Source: Candidatus Fermentibacterota bacterium
GTDB lineage: Bacteria; Fermentibacterota; Fermentibacteria; Fermentibacterales; JCC-6
Length of the DNA stretch: 64,000 nt
Assembly: GCA_030592645.1 (NCBI GenBank)
Contig: JAUVIR010000004.1
Coordinates: forward strand, 1,036-65,035
Direction: 5' to 3'
The stretch's first letter is position 1. Each line of letters opens with the position of its first letter. A program made the position numbers and the translations under genes. The notes under the pieces are model-generated. The model had not been told where the DNA came from. It was given only the letters and a program-made list of their open reading frames with translations, and did no database searches. Of this stretch, positions 29,196-39,432 are shown piece after piece.

Positions 29196-29825
29196 CTACT
29201 CTATAAGATGCAGCCAGTCACCGAGCAGGTACTGTATTCTGCCAATGAGCAGGCTGATTCGCCCCATAACGGTAAAGCCGAAAGTAGCACCGAAACCGAC
29301 CATAATCACCCAGATACCGATTTTGGAACCCGTACCGAAGAACAATCCCTTGTGCGGCTTGGAGAAGAAGAAGTAAATAAGCGCAGCAAGGGTTCCAAGG
29401 ATCATCACTATGTTACCGGTCACCTCATACCAGGCCATGCCCGACTGGTAGAGGGGCACCATGGCACCTTCCAGCTGGCGAAGCACGTTCGCCTTCATAG
29501 TAAGCGGAAAACCAACACCCATGGCAGTTCCCATGTAGAAGCCTATGGGATATCTGGACAACCAGGATATCCGCGGGATGAACCTGGTTATATACAGGAG
29601 ACCCAGAATTCCCGGAATGAGCAGTATCCAGTGGTCACCGCTAAGGAGGGGATCGATGAGTCTTGGCTTTACGGTTATTTGATATGTAATGGCCATTCCG
29701 TAACCAGCGGATATACCAACCACGAGGTGCTCCGCAAGCCTGTAGATGGGATTCTCCTTGTAAAGGAAGGAGTAGATGGCAAGCGTGAAGAACGCGCCTA
29801 CCCAGATGCCTATAATATCATACAT
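29196..29825 (-). CDS. uncharacterised polytopic membrane protein (~6 TM)
   Basis: Hydrophobic helices throughout; last gene of a 4-gene minus-strand operon. Confidence 0.6.
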   Translation of the reverse strand: MYDIIGIWVGAFFTLAIYSFLYKENPIYRLAEHLVVGISAGYGMAITYQITVKPRLIDPLLSGDHWILLIPGILGLLYITRFIPRISWLSRYPIGFYMGTAMGVGFPLTMKANVLRQLEGAMVPLYQSGMAWYEVTGNIVMILGTLAALIYFFFSKPHKGLFFGTGSKIGIWVIMVGFGATFGFTVMGRISLLIGRIQYLLGDWLHLIE

Positions 29826-29828
29826 TTC

Positions 29829-30830
29829 CTACCTCCCTCCCTTAAGCAGGGTTTTCTTGTGAAAACCTCCCGCGAAGAACGCGATGTTACCCATTATGAT
29901 AAGCAGAATTATGAGTATGTGTGCTGCTGACTGAACATCCATGCCTCGAAAGGCTTTGTCTGTAGATGGAGTGATTCCGTTTTCGGTAAGAAGAACCTCG
30001 TACTCCGCTGCTCCCCGGAGACCTCCCATCTGGCCTATCACCTGTCCTGCCTGAAGGTACGGGAAGTAATCCGTAGCCATGACGGCTGTAAGACCGAAAG
30101 CTATCGGTAGCCCCATCTTTTCCCGTGCGTAGGTGACCCACCATACGCAGGCACCTGAGCCTGAGCTGGTCAGAGCCATGTCCACTTCCCTGAGGCTCTT
30201 GTGTTCCTGCAGCATGGGCATTTCCCCGGTAGAGTTTCCATGTGCATCGACCGGGTACTGCGTTTCTATGGAGACGGTCATTCCAAGTATCACGAGGTTG
30301 AAGACCGGAGCGTAGCCTAAGGCTGCGTAATCCCTGCCTTCGAAAACCCATCCCAGGGCTCCTTCTGGCAGCTGATTCCCCTGGTTCTCCCAGGCCTCAA
30401 TCAGCTCATACTTTCCTGTAACTCCCGCCTCGCGAAGATCCTTCCAGTCCTCGAAGTCAACATCCTCATAGAATCCTTCCGTGGTAGGATTGAAAACGTA
30501 CTCCATAGCGGCAAGCATCATTCCGTGATGCAGAGGATAGTTCGCGGTCATGAAAACTGGAATATCGTTGTAAAAGGCATGCCGCATAACGGCTACAGCC
30601 ATCGGCATATTCTCAGCCGACGTTCCGGGCGCAAAGTCGAAACTGATGAAGATAGCGTTATCGGAGCCGAGTTCATCGACATAATCGTAAATGCTCTCGA
30701 CTTCCCTGGTAGTTCTTACAGGCATTCCGAAGTTGATAAAGAACGGAACTATTGACACGACACCTATTCCAAGGAAGATCCAGCGCCGGTCAATGTTAAG
30801 CATTTTTTCCCAGATATTCACGGCACTCAC
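29829..30830 (-). CDS. uncharacterised membrane-anchored protein (N-terminal TM, ~270-aa soluble domain, C-terminal TM)
   Basis: 'RWIFLGIGVVSIVPFFINF' N-terminal TM and 'AAHILIILLIIMGNIAFFAGGF' C-terminal TM; 4-nt gap to neighbouring genes. Confidence 0.6.
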   Translation of the reverse strand: MSAVNIWEKMLNIDRRWIFLGIGVVSIVPFFINFGMPVRTTREVESIYDYVDELGSDNAIFISFDFAPGTSAENMPMAVAVMRHAFYNDIPVFMTANYPLHHGMMLAAMEYVFNPTTEGFYEDVDFEDWKDLREAGVTGKYELIEAWENQGNQLPEGALGWVFEGRDYAALGYAPVFNLVILGMTVSIETQYPVDAHGNSTGEMPMLQEHKSLREVDMALTSSGSGACVWWVTYAREKMGLPIAFGLTAVMATDYFPYLQAGQVIGQMGGLRGAAEYEVLLTENGITPSTDKAFRGMDVQSAAHILIILLIIMGNIAFFAGGFHKKTLLKGGR

Positions 30831-31475
30831 CTACTTCCCTGCTCCGCCGAGCCAGTTGCGCTCGACACCGAAGATTATTTTTAGACTGGTTGCCAGTATA
30901 CCGAAGCCGACACCCAGCATGATTGCACGTTTAGCTGCAAGGTTGGGATATCGGAGAATCCAGAGCCCGGTTTCCGGCAGCCATCTGCCGAGAAGTTCTC
31001 CGATCGGTACCTGGCCCAGCATTACAACCACTGCTGCAAGCAGCAGTACTGTGGCAAGAGCCGATTTAGCCCTGAACGCCCGGAAGGCAGCACTTGCGAT
31101 GTAGAAGGCCAACAGGCTGAACATGGTTGCCTGAATAGGCACCTGTATGTGCATGAAGATGAAGTGGAAAATGCTGGGAGAATCCATCCCTCCACTGATG
31201 GATTCGGGCCATAAGTGTGCAAGAATCGGCATCCCGAATAATGGTATCAGAACGGCATAGCTGTACTGCCAGTTCTTTGCCTTTCTCCGTATCTTGTGTG
31301 AATGTATTCTAGTGAGACTTCCGACTCCGAGTACAAGCGCGAACGCAACAATTATTGGAGTCCAGTCCGTGTAGTATGCGAATACGGTCTGCGATATCTG
31401 GTGTGGAATGAAATACTGAAGCATCATCAGTATTCCGCCCACCATTACTATCATAAGCGGAACAGTTCTTTTCAC
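30831..31475 (-). CDS. uncharacterised polytopic membrane protein (~6 TM)
   Basis: Hydrophobic helices; abuts the 30830 gene with no gap. Confidence 0.6.
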   Translation of the reverse strand: MKRTVPLMIVMVGGILMMLQYFIPHQISQTVFAYYTDWTPIIVAFALVLGVGSLTRIHSHKIRRKAKNWQYSYAVLIPLFGMPILAHLWPESISGGMDSPSIFHFIFMHIQVPIQATMFSLLAFYIASAAFRAFRAKSALATVLLLAAVVVMLGQVPIGELLGRWLPETGLWILRYPNLAAKRAIMLGVGFGILATSLKIIFGVERNWLGGAGK

Positions 31476-31499
31476 TGCTCTATCTCCTTTCTGGTGGGC

Positions 31500-32759
31500 T
31501 TACTCCATAATCGGACTGGTTACAAGATCACGAAGCCAGTCCAGGATGTGAGTGTTTGCTACAACATCAATTATGCCGAATATCAGAGCAACCGTTATGA
31601 AACCCATTATAATGCCCTTGCAGGCATCCTGTCCCTTCAGGGCACCAATCTGTTTGGGCTCCTGGCCAAGGTACGCACTGGCTGCATAGAGTTCCTCGCC
31701 TATCAGCGTATAGTCACATGTGGTTATAAAGAATGGCAGCTGTGTGACGGCGTCGGTTCCGGCTATCTGAATAGCACCTGACAGAGAGCCCGTCTCTGCC
31801 AGAAGGAGCGATTCAGCCCAGAACATGCCGAGGTAGAAGTTCGTAGCCGGCTTCTCCCTCATCATCATGCCGTTGACTCCAGCGACAAAGGCGAACTGAC
31901 TTGTTGTGAGGAAGAAAACCGAATCAGGATCGTAAGCATCTGGACGCCCGGCTTCAAGATAAGCCTGTTTTACCACTTCCTCGGCTACCGTAAACACGAT
32001 AGGATCACGATTGGGTACAATGAGCGGCGTCTGATATACAGCTATCTTCTTGGCGACTCTTCCCAGAATGGTGAGGCTGGCGATAGTGGCCACATCTGCT
32101 ATGCTGGAAAGCCCCGGAACGTATAGGATCGGCTTACCCATCTCTGTTGCGCGGCCGATGGCTTCATCAATGGCCTCTATACCGGCTATCGGTCTGAGGT
32201 ACATTTTCGCGCCTCTCTGAGCCTTGGCGAAATAGTAGAAAATCAGAAAGATGAACAATCCTCCGGCAATGAGTACTCTTGTTTTACCGGTGTGGTAGAT
32301 TTCGCCCACCGAGACAGTACCTGCCTCGAAGACGGGTCCGAAGAATTCTTCACCATCAATGTTTACAGATGCTATTCTGTATTCGTACAGAACTCCCGAG
32401 TTGATAGGATACTCAGGATCGTAGCCATCGATGAATTCCGGCGGTTCATCCGCAGGGATAATCTCTACCAGATTCCAGGCTTCTGCATCTGATTCACCAG
32501 CAACACGCCGGTAAACATTGTAAGCGAAGATACCATCTGTATACAAAGGCTGCTCAAAAGATACAACCAGCAGGTCTCCGGCATCGTTTTTCCTATCCAG
32601 CACTGTAATCGTGCCGGGCACATCAAGTCCGGGATCAGGTTGCTCCAGCTGTACTTCTGCTGCCGGTGTCAAGATTTCGTCAACGCTCTGAGCAACTGAC
32701 AAAGCAGGCAGCAGAAGGAGAATCATGAGGGCTGGAACAACTATCCAGTTTTTCCGCAT
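31500..32759 (-). CDS. uncharacterised bitopic membrane protein, paralog A (first gene of operon)
   Basis: Signal peptide 'MRKNWIVVPALMILLLLPALSVAQS', ~150-aa exo-domain, TM, conserved ~230-aa domain shared with 26136-27302, and a C-terminal TM. Confidence 0.65.
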   Translation of the reverse strand: MRKNWIVVPALMILLLLPALSVAQSVDEILTPAAEVQLEQPDPGLDVPGTITVLDRKNDAGDLLVVSFEQPLYTDGIFAYNVYRRVAGESDAEAWNLVEIIPADEPPEFIDGYDPEYPINSGVLYEYRIASVNIDGEEFFGPVFEAGTVSVGEIYHTGKTRVLIAGGLFIFLIFYYFAKAQRGAKMYLRPIAGIEAIDEAIGRATEMGKPILYVPGLSSIADVATIASLTILGRVAKKIAVYQTPLIVPNRDPIVFTVAEEVVKQAYLEAGRPDAYDPDSVFFLTTSQFAFVAGVNGMMMREKPATNFYLGMFWAESLLLAETGSLSGAIQIAGTDAVTQLPFFITTCDYTLIGEELYAASAYLGQEPKQIGALKGQDACKGIIMGFITVALIFGIIDVVANTHILDWLRDLVTSPIME

Positions 32760-32791
32760 GGATCCACCTTTCAGTTGAATGATCTTATTCT

Positions 32792-33700
32792 TTACTCGAA
32801 AAATTCGTTAATCTTACGGGCCACTTCGGCACCCACACGCTTTGAAGCGGCGGCACTTCCGGCTCCGATATGAGGAGTAGCCACGGTTTTTTCGTATTCC
32901 GCGAGGATATTCCCTTTGGCAGGTTCCTCTTCGTAAACATCGACTCCCGCAGCGAATACCTTCCCGGACTTCATAGCTTCAAGCAGAGCGGCTTCGTTTA
33001 CCGTACCCCCTCTTGCGCAGTTCACTACTATCACTCCATCCTTCATCATATCGAACTGAGGAGCGTCAAGCAGGTAATGTGTTTCCTTGTTGTGGGGAAT
33101 GTGAAGGCTGATGAAATCGGACTCTTTGCAGAGAGTATCCAGATCGACCTTCCGCGCGCCCTCTTCGTCATCTATAAAGGGATCAAAGAAAATGACGTTC
33201 ATCCCGAATGCCTTTGCTCTTTTGGCAACTTCCTTTGAAATGCGTCCGAATCCGATAAGGCCAAGCGTTGAATTCCAGAGTTCCTTGCCCTTACCGTAAG
33301 CTTTTTTGTTCCACTCACCATTTTTCATCGTGCAGTTCGCAGGACCTAGAAAGCGGCTGCATGCCAGCAGGTGGGCCATCGCAAGTTCGGCTACGGCAAC
33401 GCTGCTTGCAGCAGGTGTGTTCTGTACCGATATACCAAGTGCAGCAGCATCATCAAGGTCGATGTTATCAAGTCCAACTCCGCCGCGGACGATAAGTTTA
33501 AGATTTCCTTTTGCCGCTACTTCGAGAACGGGCTTTCTGACCTTTGTCGCGCCGCGCACAACCAGAGCGTCGAACTGAGGAGCGGTTTCCATCAGCTCAT
33601 CGACTGACATGCCTACTTTCTCAACGACTTCATGTCCGCCTTTTCGGATTGCATCCAGAGCGTCCTGGGCAACCGTGTCACAGATGAGTACTCTTGCCAT
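32792..33700 (-). CDS. D-isomer-specific 2-hydroxyacid dehydrogenase (short SerA/phosphoglycerate dehydrogenase-like)
   Basis: NAD-binding 'GLIGFGRISKEVAKRA' (GxGxxG), catalytic R/E/H region 'VATPHIGA'; 302 aa. Confidence 0.8.
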   Translation of the reverse strand: MARVLICDTVAQDALDAIRKGGHEVVEKVGMSVDELMETAPQFDALVVRGATKVRKPVLEVAAKGNLKLIVRGGVGLDNIDLDDAAALGISVQNTPAASSVAVAELAMAHLLACSRFLGPANCTMKNGEWNKKAYGKGKELWNSTLGLIGFGRISKEVAKRAKAFGMNVIFFDPFIDDEEGARKVDLDTLCKESDFISLHIPHNKETHYLLDAPQFDMMKDGVIVVNCARGGTVNEAALLEAMKSGKVFAAGVDVYEEEPAKGNILAEYEKTVATPHIGAGSAAASKRVGAEVARKINEFFE

Positions 33701-33838
33701 TTAATTCCTCCTGTTTTCATTATTTGAATAAGGATTCGCAACGTATTCCAAGATATTAAGCATACTACAGGTGAGCCGGATTCAAGTCAATAACAGAGGG
33801 TGTTTCGCAGCTGTTATTCGTTCCTGCGAAGGCGGTTT

Positions 33839-34771
33839 TCATTGCAGCATCCTCTTCGCTTTCTCTGCTATTGCTATTGCGGTAAGTCCATATTTTTCCA
33901 TTACACGTTCCGGAATCCCGCTTGTACCGAAAGTATTCTGCATGGCAACGGTATCTACGGGAACAGGCAGCTCCCGGCAAAGGGTCTCTGCCACTGCCCC
34001 GAACAGGCCGCCTGTTACCTGGTGATCCTCCGCCACGACAACGGCTCCTGTCTTCCCTGCCTGTCCAACAAGAAGTTCCCTGTCAAGAGGTTTCACCGAA
34101 ATCATATCGATAACCCCTGCTGAGATGCCCATCCCCCCGAGAATGGCTGCCGCTTCAATGGACAAACTTACCATGGCTCCGCAGGCAACCAGTGTTATAT
34201 CAGAACCATCTTTCAGCAGATTCCCCTTACCTATATTCACTTTATCATCAGAGGTGTAAATCTGGGGAACCGGATTTCTTCCGAAGCGGATGTAAACGGG
34301 ACCATCAGCTTCCAGAGAAGCAATAACCGCCGCGCGGGTCTGGTTGGAATCCGCAGGAACCAGTACTTTCATATTAGGAAGTACCCGCATCAGCGCCACA
34401 TCCTCAAGAGCCTGATGTGTTGCTCCGTCCGGTCCCACGCTTACTCCGCCATGAGCACCGGCTATGCGGACATCAAGGTTCATATAACAGATACTCGTCC
34501 TGATCTGATCCCACGCGCGGCCGGCTAAAAACACGCCGTACGTTCCGACGAATGGGATGAAACCCTCCAGAGCGAGGCCTGCCGCTTCTCCCAGCATATC
34601 CTGCTCGCTTACTCCGAGGTTGAAGAACCTGTCAGGAAATTCCTCTCCGAATGAAGCACTCCCGATTGATCGGGAAACATCACCTTCGATAACAACAACA
34701 CGGCTGTTCTCTCTACCCGCCTGCAGTATCCCTTCGACATACCCTTCCCGCGTTGGTTTCAGATCATTCAT
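33839..34771 (-). CDS. transketolase, C-terminal (pyrimidine-binding) subunit
   Basis: Split-transketolase C-half; overlaps the N-half gene by 4 nt. Confidence 0.85.
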   Translation of the reverse strand: MNDLKPTREGYVEGILQAGRENSRVVVIEGDVSRSIGSASFGEEFPDRFFNLGVSEQDMLGEAAGLALEGFIPFVGTYGVFLAGRAWDQIRTSICYMNLDVRIAGAHGGVSVGPDGATHQALEDVALMRVLPNMKVLVPADSNQTRAAVIASLEADGPVYIRFGRNPVPQIYTSDDKVNIGKGNLLKDGSDITLVACGAMVSLSIEAAAILGGMGISAGVIDMISVKPLDRELLVGQAGKTGAVVVAEDHQVTGGLFGAVAETLCRELPVPVDTVAMQNTFGTSGIPERVMEKYGLTAIAIAEKAKRMLQ

Positions 34772-35595
34772 GAAAGGCCTCCCCGGATCTCCCCGACGGC
34801 TGCATCGTACTCCTTATCATCCGGGCATCTGCCATGCCACAGGAATGTATGCTCCATGAATGAAACACCTTTTCCCTTCACCGTATCAGCGATGATAACC
34901 GATGGGAACGGGGTTTGTGCGCAGTGCTCGAATGCCTTTTCTAAGGAGGGAAAACTATGCCCATCGGCGACTACCACGTCCCATCCGAACGCCAGCCACT
35001 TATCAACAAGCGGCTCTATCTCCATAACCTCCGAAACCGTTCCATCCAGCTGTATCCGGTTCCGATCGACAATAGCTGTAAGTTGTTTCAGATTGTAGTG
35101 GGAGGCGGTCATTGCCGCTTCCCAGATACTTCCCTCCTGCAGCTCTCCATCACCCAGCAGGCAGAAAACGCGGCTCTCCCTGTCATCCAGCTTCATGCCG
35201 TGGGCAATTCCGCACGCGAGAGAGAGACCCTGTCCGAGGCTTCCCGTGGAGGCATCCAGACCGGGAAGAACATGCATGTTGGGATGGCCCTGAAGCCTGG
35301 ACCCGAGTTTTCTGAACGTCAGAAATTCTGCAGGATCGAAGTAGCCCTTTCGGGCGAGAACCGAGTACAATGCGGGACAGGCATGACCCTTGGAGAGAAT
35401 GAACCTGTCTCTCCCTGTCCAGCGGGGGTCCTCAGGACGGATTTTCATTACATTCCAGTAAAGCTCGACAAGTGTCTCAACCGCTGAAAACGAACCGCCT
35501 GGATGGCCGCTTCCCGCAGCCCTTATCATCTCGAGAACATCCAGTCGGACCTGCAGAGCCAGGTCCTGCATTTGAGCGTTATCCAACATATGCAA
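34768..35595 (-). CDS. transketolase, N-terminal (TPP-binding) subunit
   Basis: 'GSGHPGGSFS' and 'GDGELQEG' TPP-binding motifs. Confidence 0.85.
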   Translation of the reverse strand: MHMLDNAQMQDLALQVRLDVLEMIRAAGSGHPGGSFSAVETLVELYWNVMKIRPEDPRWTGRDRFILSKGHACPALYSVLARKGYFDPAEFLTFRKLGSRLQGHPNMHVLPGLDASTGSLGQGLSLACGIAHGMKLDDRESRVFCLLGDGELQEGSIWEAAMTASHYNLKQLTAIVDRNRIQLDGTVSEVMEIEPLVDKWLAFGWDVVVADGHSFPSLEKAFEHCAQTPFPSVIIADTVKGKGVSFMEHTFLWHGRCPDDKEYDAAVGEIRGGLS

Positions 35596-35613
35596 ACCTC
35601 ATAAGGATCTGAA

Positions 35614-36249
35614 CTACTTATTCCAGTCGGAAAGGAATTTCTCCAGTCCTATATCTGTCAGGGGATGCTCCACAAGCTTCCTTACAACCGCAGTGGGAAC
35701 CGTAGCTATATGGGCTCCTGCCAGCGCTGCCTGCTCGACATGCTGTGGATGCCTGATGCTGGCGGCGATAATTCTGGTCCCGAATCCATGAAGGTCGTAT
35801 ATCTCGGCAAGATCGGCTACAATCTCCATACCGGGGATTCCGATATCGTCCAGTCTACCAACGAAGGGACTGACAAAAGATGCTCCAGCAAGGGCTGCTG
35901 TGTACCCCTGAGCCGCAGAGAATACCAGAGTAACATTACACCGAATTCCCTCCTTCTCAAGAATTGATACTGCCGCCAGACCCTCTTTCCCCATGGGTAT
36001 CTTGACGACCACGTTTTCGTGCCACCCGGCATTTTCCCTTGCCTCTTTCAGCATTCCTTCTCTCTCCGTGCTTATAACCTCAGCGCTTATGGGGCCATCT
36101 ACAATATCACATATCTCGCCGATGACTTCTCTGAAATCCCTGCCCTCCCTGGCAATAAGTGACGGGTTCGTCGTTACTCCGGACAGTATGCCCCAGGCAG
36201 CGATCTCTCTTATCTCCTCTACGTTCGCTGTATCAAGAAACAGTTGCAT
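35614..36249 (-). CDS. fructose-6-phosphate aldolase/transaldolase (short TalC/Fsa type)
   Basis: '[13 protein letters not shown]' and 'GVTTNPSLI' motifs; 211 aa. Confidence 0.85.
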   Translation of the reverse strand: MQLFLDTANVEEIREIAAWGILSGVTTNPSLIAREGRDFREVIGEICDIVDGPISAEVISTEREGMLKEARENAGWHENVVVKIPMGKEGLAAVSILEKEGIRCNVTLVFSAAQGYTAALAGASFVSPFVGRLDDIGIPGMEIVADLAEIYDLHGFGTRIIAASIRHPQHVEQAALAGAHIATVPTAVVRKLVEHPLTDIGLEKFLSDWNK

Positions 36250-36259
36250 GATTTCCCTT

Positions 36260-38434
36260 TCAATCGAGGTCTGTTATTGACCCTTTCTGTTTTATCACGG
36301 GAATAGGTACGTATCCCGTTACCAGTGTCTTCGGTTCATCAAATCCGAAATCGACTGTTATCCTCCATTCAGATCCGTTCCTCACCGCTTTTTTCACAAG
36401 TCCTCTGCCATATCTTGGATGTCTTATGAGATTACCGCTGCTGTAAGAAATACTGCTGTCATTCGCATCCGTGATGTCATCCTCGAGGGTTCCCGAAGAG
36501 AGCACTGCCTTCGGAGGCTGTATCCTGTTCTCACCGCTTGCGATCTCAGTTATGAACCGGGATGGGCCCGATTGTGATACTCCCGCTCTTCTTCTGTTCA
36601 GAGCACATGTCAGTACCAGCCTTTCGCGGGCTCTTGTCATCCCAACATACAGGAGTCTTCTTTCCTCTTCCATGTTGGACGGAGCATATTCTCCCGGTCT
36701 GATGAACGGGAGCATTCCCTCCTCCAGCCCCGCTACAAAAACAACGCTGAATTCCAGGCCTTTTGCGCAATGAAGAGTCATAAGGGCAATTTTACCGCTG
36801 TTCTCTCCCTCGTACTCGTCAACGGTTGTTGCCAGACTGATGTCCGTCATGAAACCGGGCAGGTTTCCCTCCCGAACAGTCTGATCGTATTCCGATACAC
36901 TTCTTCGGAACTCGGCGATATTCTCAAGGCGTGTCTGATCGGTGATATCTTCCGTTTCGTACTGCGCTGCAAGGCCAGTAGCATCGATAAGGCTGTCGAC
37001 AATATCTGAAGCTGACATGCCGCCTGCAGTATTCTCACCGGCCAATCTGAACCATTCTCCAAGCCTCTTGAGTTCCTTCGCAGCTCTGGGAGCGATACCG
37101 CTGATACTGCCGGAGATAAGCATCGCATCCACAGGATCCATTCCCTTCGAATCCACGAATGAGAAAAAGGATGCTCTGCCTTTCGCTCCAAGACCTCTTA
37201 CAGGTTTGTTGATTATCCGCTCCAGACTGAGGCGGTCGTCATGGTTGATAACAACTCTCAGGTAAGCGATAATGTCCTTGATCTCCATCCGTTCATAGAA
37301 TCTCTGGGATCCCACAACTTCGTAGTTCACGCCGTGCTTTCTGCATGCGGTCTCGAACTGACGTGACTGAGCGTTCGTCCTGTACAGCACTGCAATTGAA
37401 TCGGATGGGCATGTGCCGTCCTCCATCAGTTCCATTATCTCCTTCAGTATCCACTCGGCCTCTTCGATTTCATTGTAAAGAGATCTAACGGTTATCGGAT
37501 GACCTGCATCCTTCTTTGTCCAGAGGGTTTTCCCGTGTCTTCTGAAATTGTGATTCACCAGTGCAGAAGCCCCCCGCAGAATATTCCCGCTGGACCTGTA
37601 ATTCTCTTCCAGTCTTATGATCCTGGTTCCGGGGAAATCCTTAGAAAATTCAAGAATATTCTCTACGCAAGCTCCCCTCCATGCATAGATGGACTGATCG
37701 TCATCACCTACTACACAGATTCCTGCACCATCTCTGGAGAGTTCTTTCAGAAGCTCATGCTGCACTTTATTGGTATCCTGATACTCATCGACCAGAATGT
37801 ATGAAAACCTGGAAGAATAGAGTTTTCTTATGTCACTATTTTGACGAAATATGCTCAGTACTCCCGTCAATAAATCGTCAAAATCGAATGCTCCTGATGA
37901 TTTCAAACGCTCCTGATATTTGAGATAAACTTCGGCAAGATCAGTCTCAGCAGGGCGTGATGCCTGGAGGGCCGCTTCCTCCGGCGCAATACCTTCGTTC
38001 TTATTCCTTGAGATGTATCCCTTCGCAAGACCGGGGGTAATTTTCGTAGAGAAATTCATCCCTTTCAGAAGCCTTCTGATCAAGGTTTTCTGATCGTCCG
38101 CGTCGTAAATAACGAAATTCTCATTGTACCCGAGGCAGTGGGCTTCGCGTCTGAGAATCCAGGCGCAGATGGAGTGGAATGTTCCAAGCCTTACTCTGGA
38201 GCCTTTTCCCGGAAGCATGTCTTCAACTCGTTCTCTCATTTCCTGGGCGGCTTTATTCGTGAAGGTCATGGCAAGAATTTCCCATGGTTCCGCGTAACCC
38301 TTCCCGATAATGTGCGCTATTTTTGCCGTAAGAACCCTGGTTTTGCCGCTTCCGGCTCCAGCGAGTACTAAAAGAGGGCCTCCTGTATAATCTACAGCTT
38401 CCCTCTGTCTGGGATTCATTTGATCTTTACTCAT
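36260..38434 (-). CDS. ATP-dependent DNA helicase PcrA/UvrD family
   Basis: Walker A '[11 protein letters not shown]', motif '[10 protein letters not shown]' and the rest of the SF1 UvrD-like motifs; 724 aa. Confidence 0.85.
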   Translation of the reverse strand: MSKDQMNPRQREAVDYTGGPLLVLAGAGSGKTRVLTAKIAHIIGKGYAEPWEILAMTFTNKAAQEMRERVEDMLPGKGSRVRLGTFHSICAWILRREAHCLGYNENFVIYDADDQKTLIRRLLKGMNFSTKITPGLAKGYISRNKNEGIAPEEAALQASRPAETDLAEVYLKYQERLKSSGAFDFDDLLTGVLSIFRQNSDIRKLYSSRFSYILVDEYQDTNKVQHELLKELSRDGAGICVVGDDDQSIYAWRGACVENILEFSKDFPGTRIIRLEENYRSSGNILRGASALVNHNFRRHGKTLWTKKDAGHPITVRSLYNEIEEAEWILKEIMELMEDGTCPSDSIAVLYRTNAQSRQFETACRKHGVNYEVVGSQRFYERMEIKDIIAYLRVVINHDDRLSLERIINKPVRGLGAKGRASFFSFVDSKGMDPVDAMLISGSISGIAPRAAKELKRLGEWFRLAGENTAGGMSASDIVDSLIDATGLAAQYETEDITDQTRLENIAEFRRSVSEYDQTVREGNLPGFMTDISLATTVDEYEGENSGKIALMTLHCAKGLEFSVVFVAGLEEGMLPFIRPGEYAPSNMEEERRLLYVGMTRARERLVLTCALNRRRAGVSQSGPSRFITEIASGENRIQPPKAVLSSGTLEDDITDANDSSISYSSGNLIRHPRYGRGLVKKAVRNGSEWRITVDFGFDEPKTLVTGYVPIPVIKQKGSITDLD

Positions 38435-38652
38435 GCAATATTTCTAACTGGCAAGAATCTTGCTTTCCTATAAGGTGTTCGGTAAATAATACAAAAGTAT
38501 TCGGAGATTTTCAAATGAAGAAACCTGGATTGAAAAACTGGCTGATCGTCACTCTCGCAGTGGTTGTTGTGCCGGCTTTTGCTCTCGTTATACTGCCGGT
38601 CTGATCCCCTCCCTGACCGGCTGTAGAAAGCATATTGTGATCCAGGATACGA

Positions 38653-38685
38653 GCAGGCAACTGGTTGACCCCTCCAGTTGCCTGC
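38653..38685 (-). terminator. 12-bp-stem hairpin (GCAGGCAACTGG/CCAGTTGCCTGC) downstream of deoC
   Basis: Perfect inverted repeat with a 9-nt loop; no clear U-tract, so terminator function is uncertain. Confidence 0.25.
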
Positions 38686-38712
38686 GCTAATATCCAGGTT
38701 CGAATGGTACCA

Positions 38713-39432
38713 TCAGACATCCAGAGCCTCGATTATGTCGATACTTCTGCTGCAGCCCAGCCTGGAGGCTCCCGCCTCTATCATCACAAGAGCATCTCCA
38801 AGAGTTCTGATCCCGCCTGAAGCCTTAACACCAAGGGTTTCCCTTACAGTATCGCGCATGAGAGTGACATCAGACACAGTGGCTCCACCGGTGCTGAAAC
38901 CGGTGGAAGTCTTAACCCAGGAAGCACCGCTGTCCATAGCGATCCTGCATGCAAGGATCTTCTCTTCATCCGTCAGAAGACAGGTCTCAATAATAACCTT
39001 GACAGGCTTCTCCGCAGATGCGCGGACAACGTCCCGGATAGAGGCTGAAGCTTCCCTGATATTGCCGTCCTTCAAGTGCCCTATCGGAATTACCATATCC
39101 AGCTCACCGGCTCCGAGGGCTACAGCTTCTGCAGCTTCCTGTGCCATGCAGTTTGTTGCGCCGAGGGGAAAGCCTATGACGGAACAGACTATCGATCTTT
39201 CATTCCTGAGAATCTCAGAGGCGAGAGGTACCCACAGAGGATTAATGCAAACGGAATAGAAACCGTAATTGATCGCTTCCTCGCACAGTCTTTCAATATC
39301 TCCCCGAACAGCATCTGGTCCCAGAAGTGTGTGATCGATAAGTGAGGCGAGTTCTGACCGGTTCAAGGAACTAACCTTCCCGAAGAAACAGAAGGTTGAT
39401 TTCACCTGAATCAATGGACATGGATTCATCAC
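38713..39432 (-). CDS. deoC: deoxyribose-phosphate aldolase
   Basis: 'LIDHTLL', 'VCINP' and Schiff-base lysine context 'WVKTSTGF'; the N-terminus may begin later than the track start. Confidence 0.85.
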   Translation of the reverse strand: MMNPCPLIQVKSTFCFFGKVSSLNRSELASLIDHTLLGPDAVRGDIERLCEEAINYGFYSVCINPLWVPLASEILRNERSIVCSVIGFPLGATNCMAQEAAEAVALGAGELDMVIPIGHLKDGNIREASASIRDVVRASAEKPVKVIIETCLLTDEEKILACRIAMDSGASWVKTSTGFSTGGATVSDVTLMRDTVRETLGVKASGGIRTLGDALVMIEAGASRLGCSRSIDIIEALDV

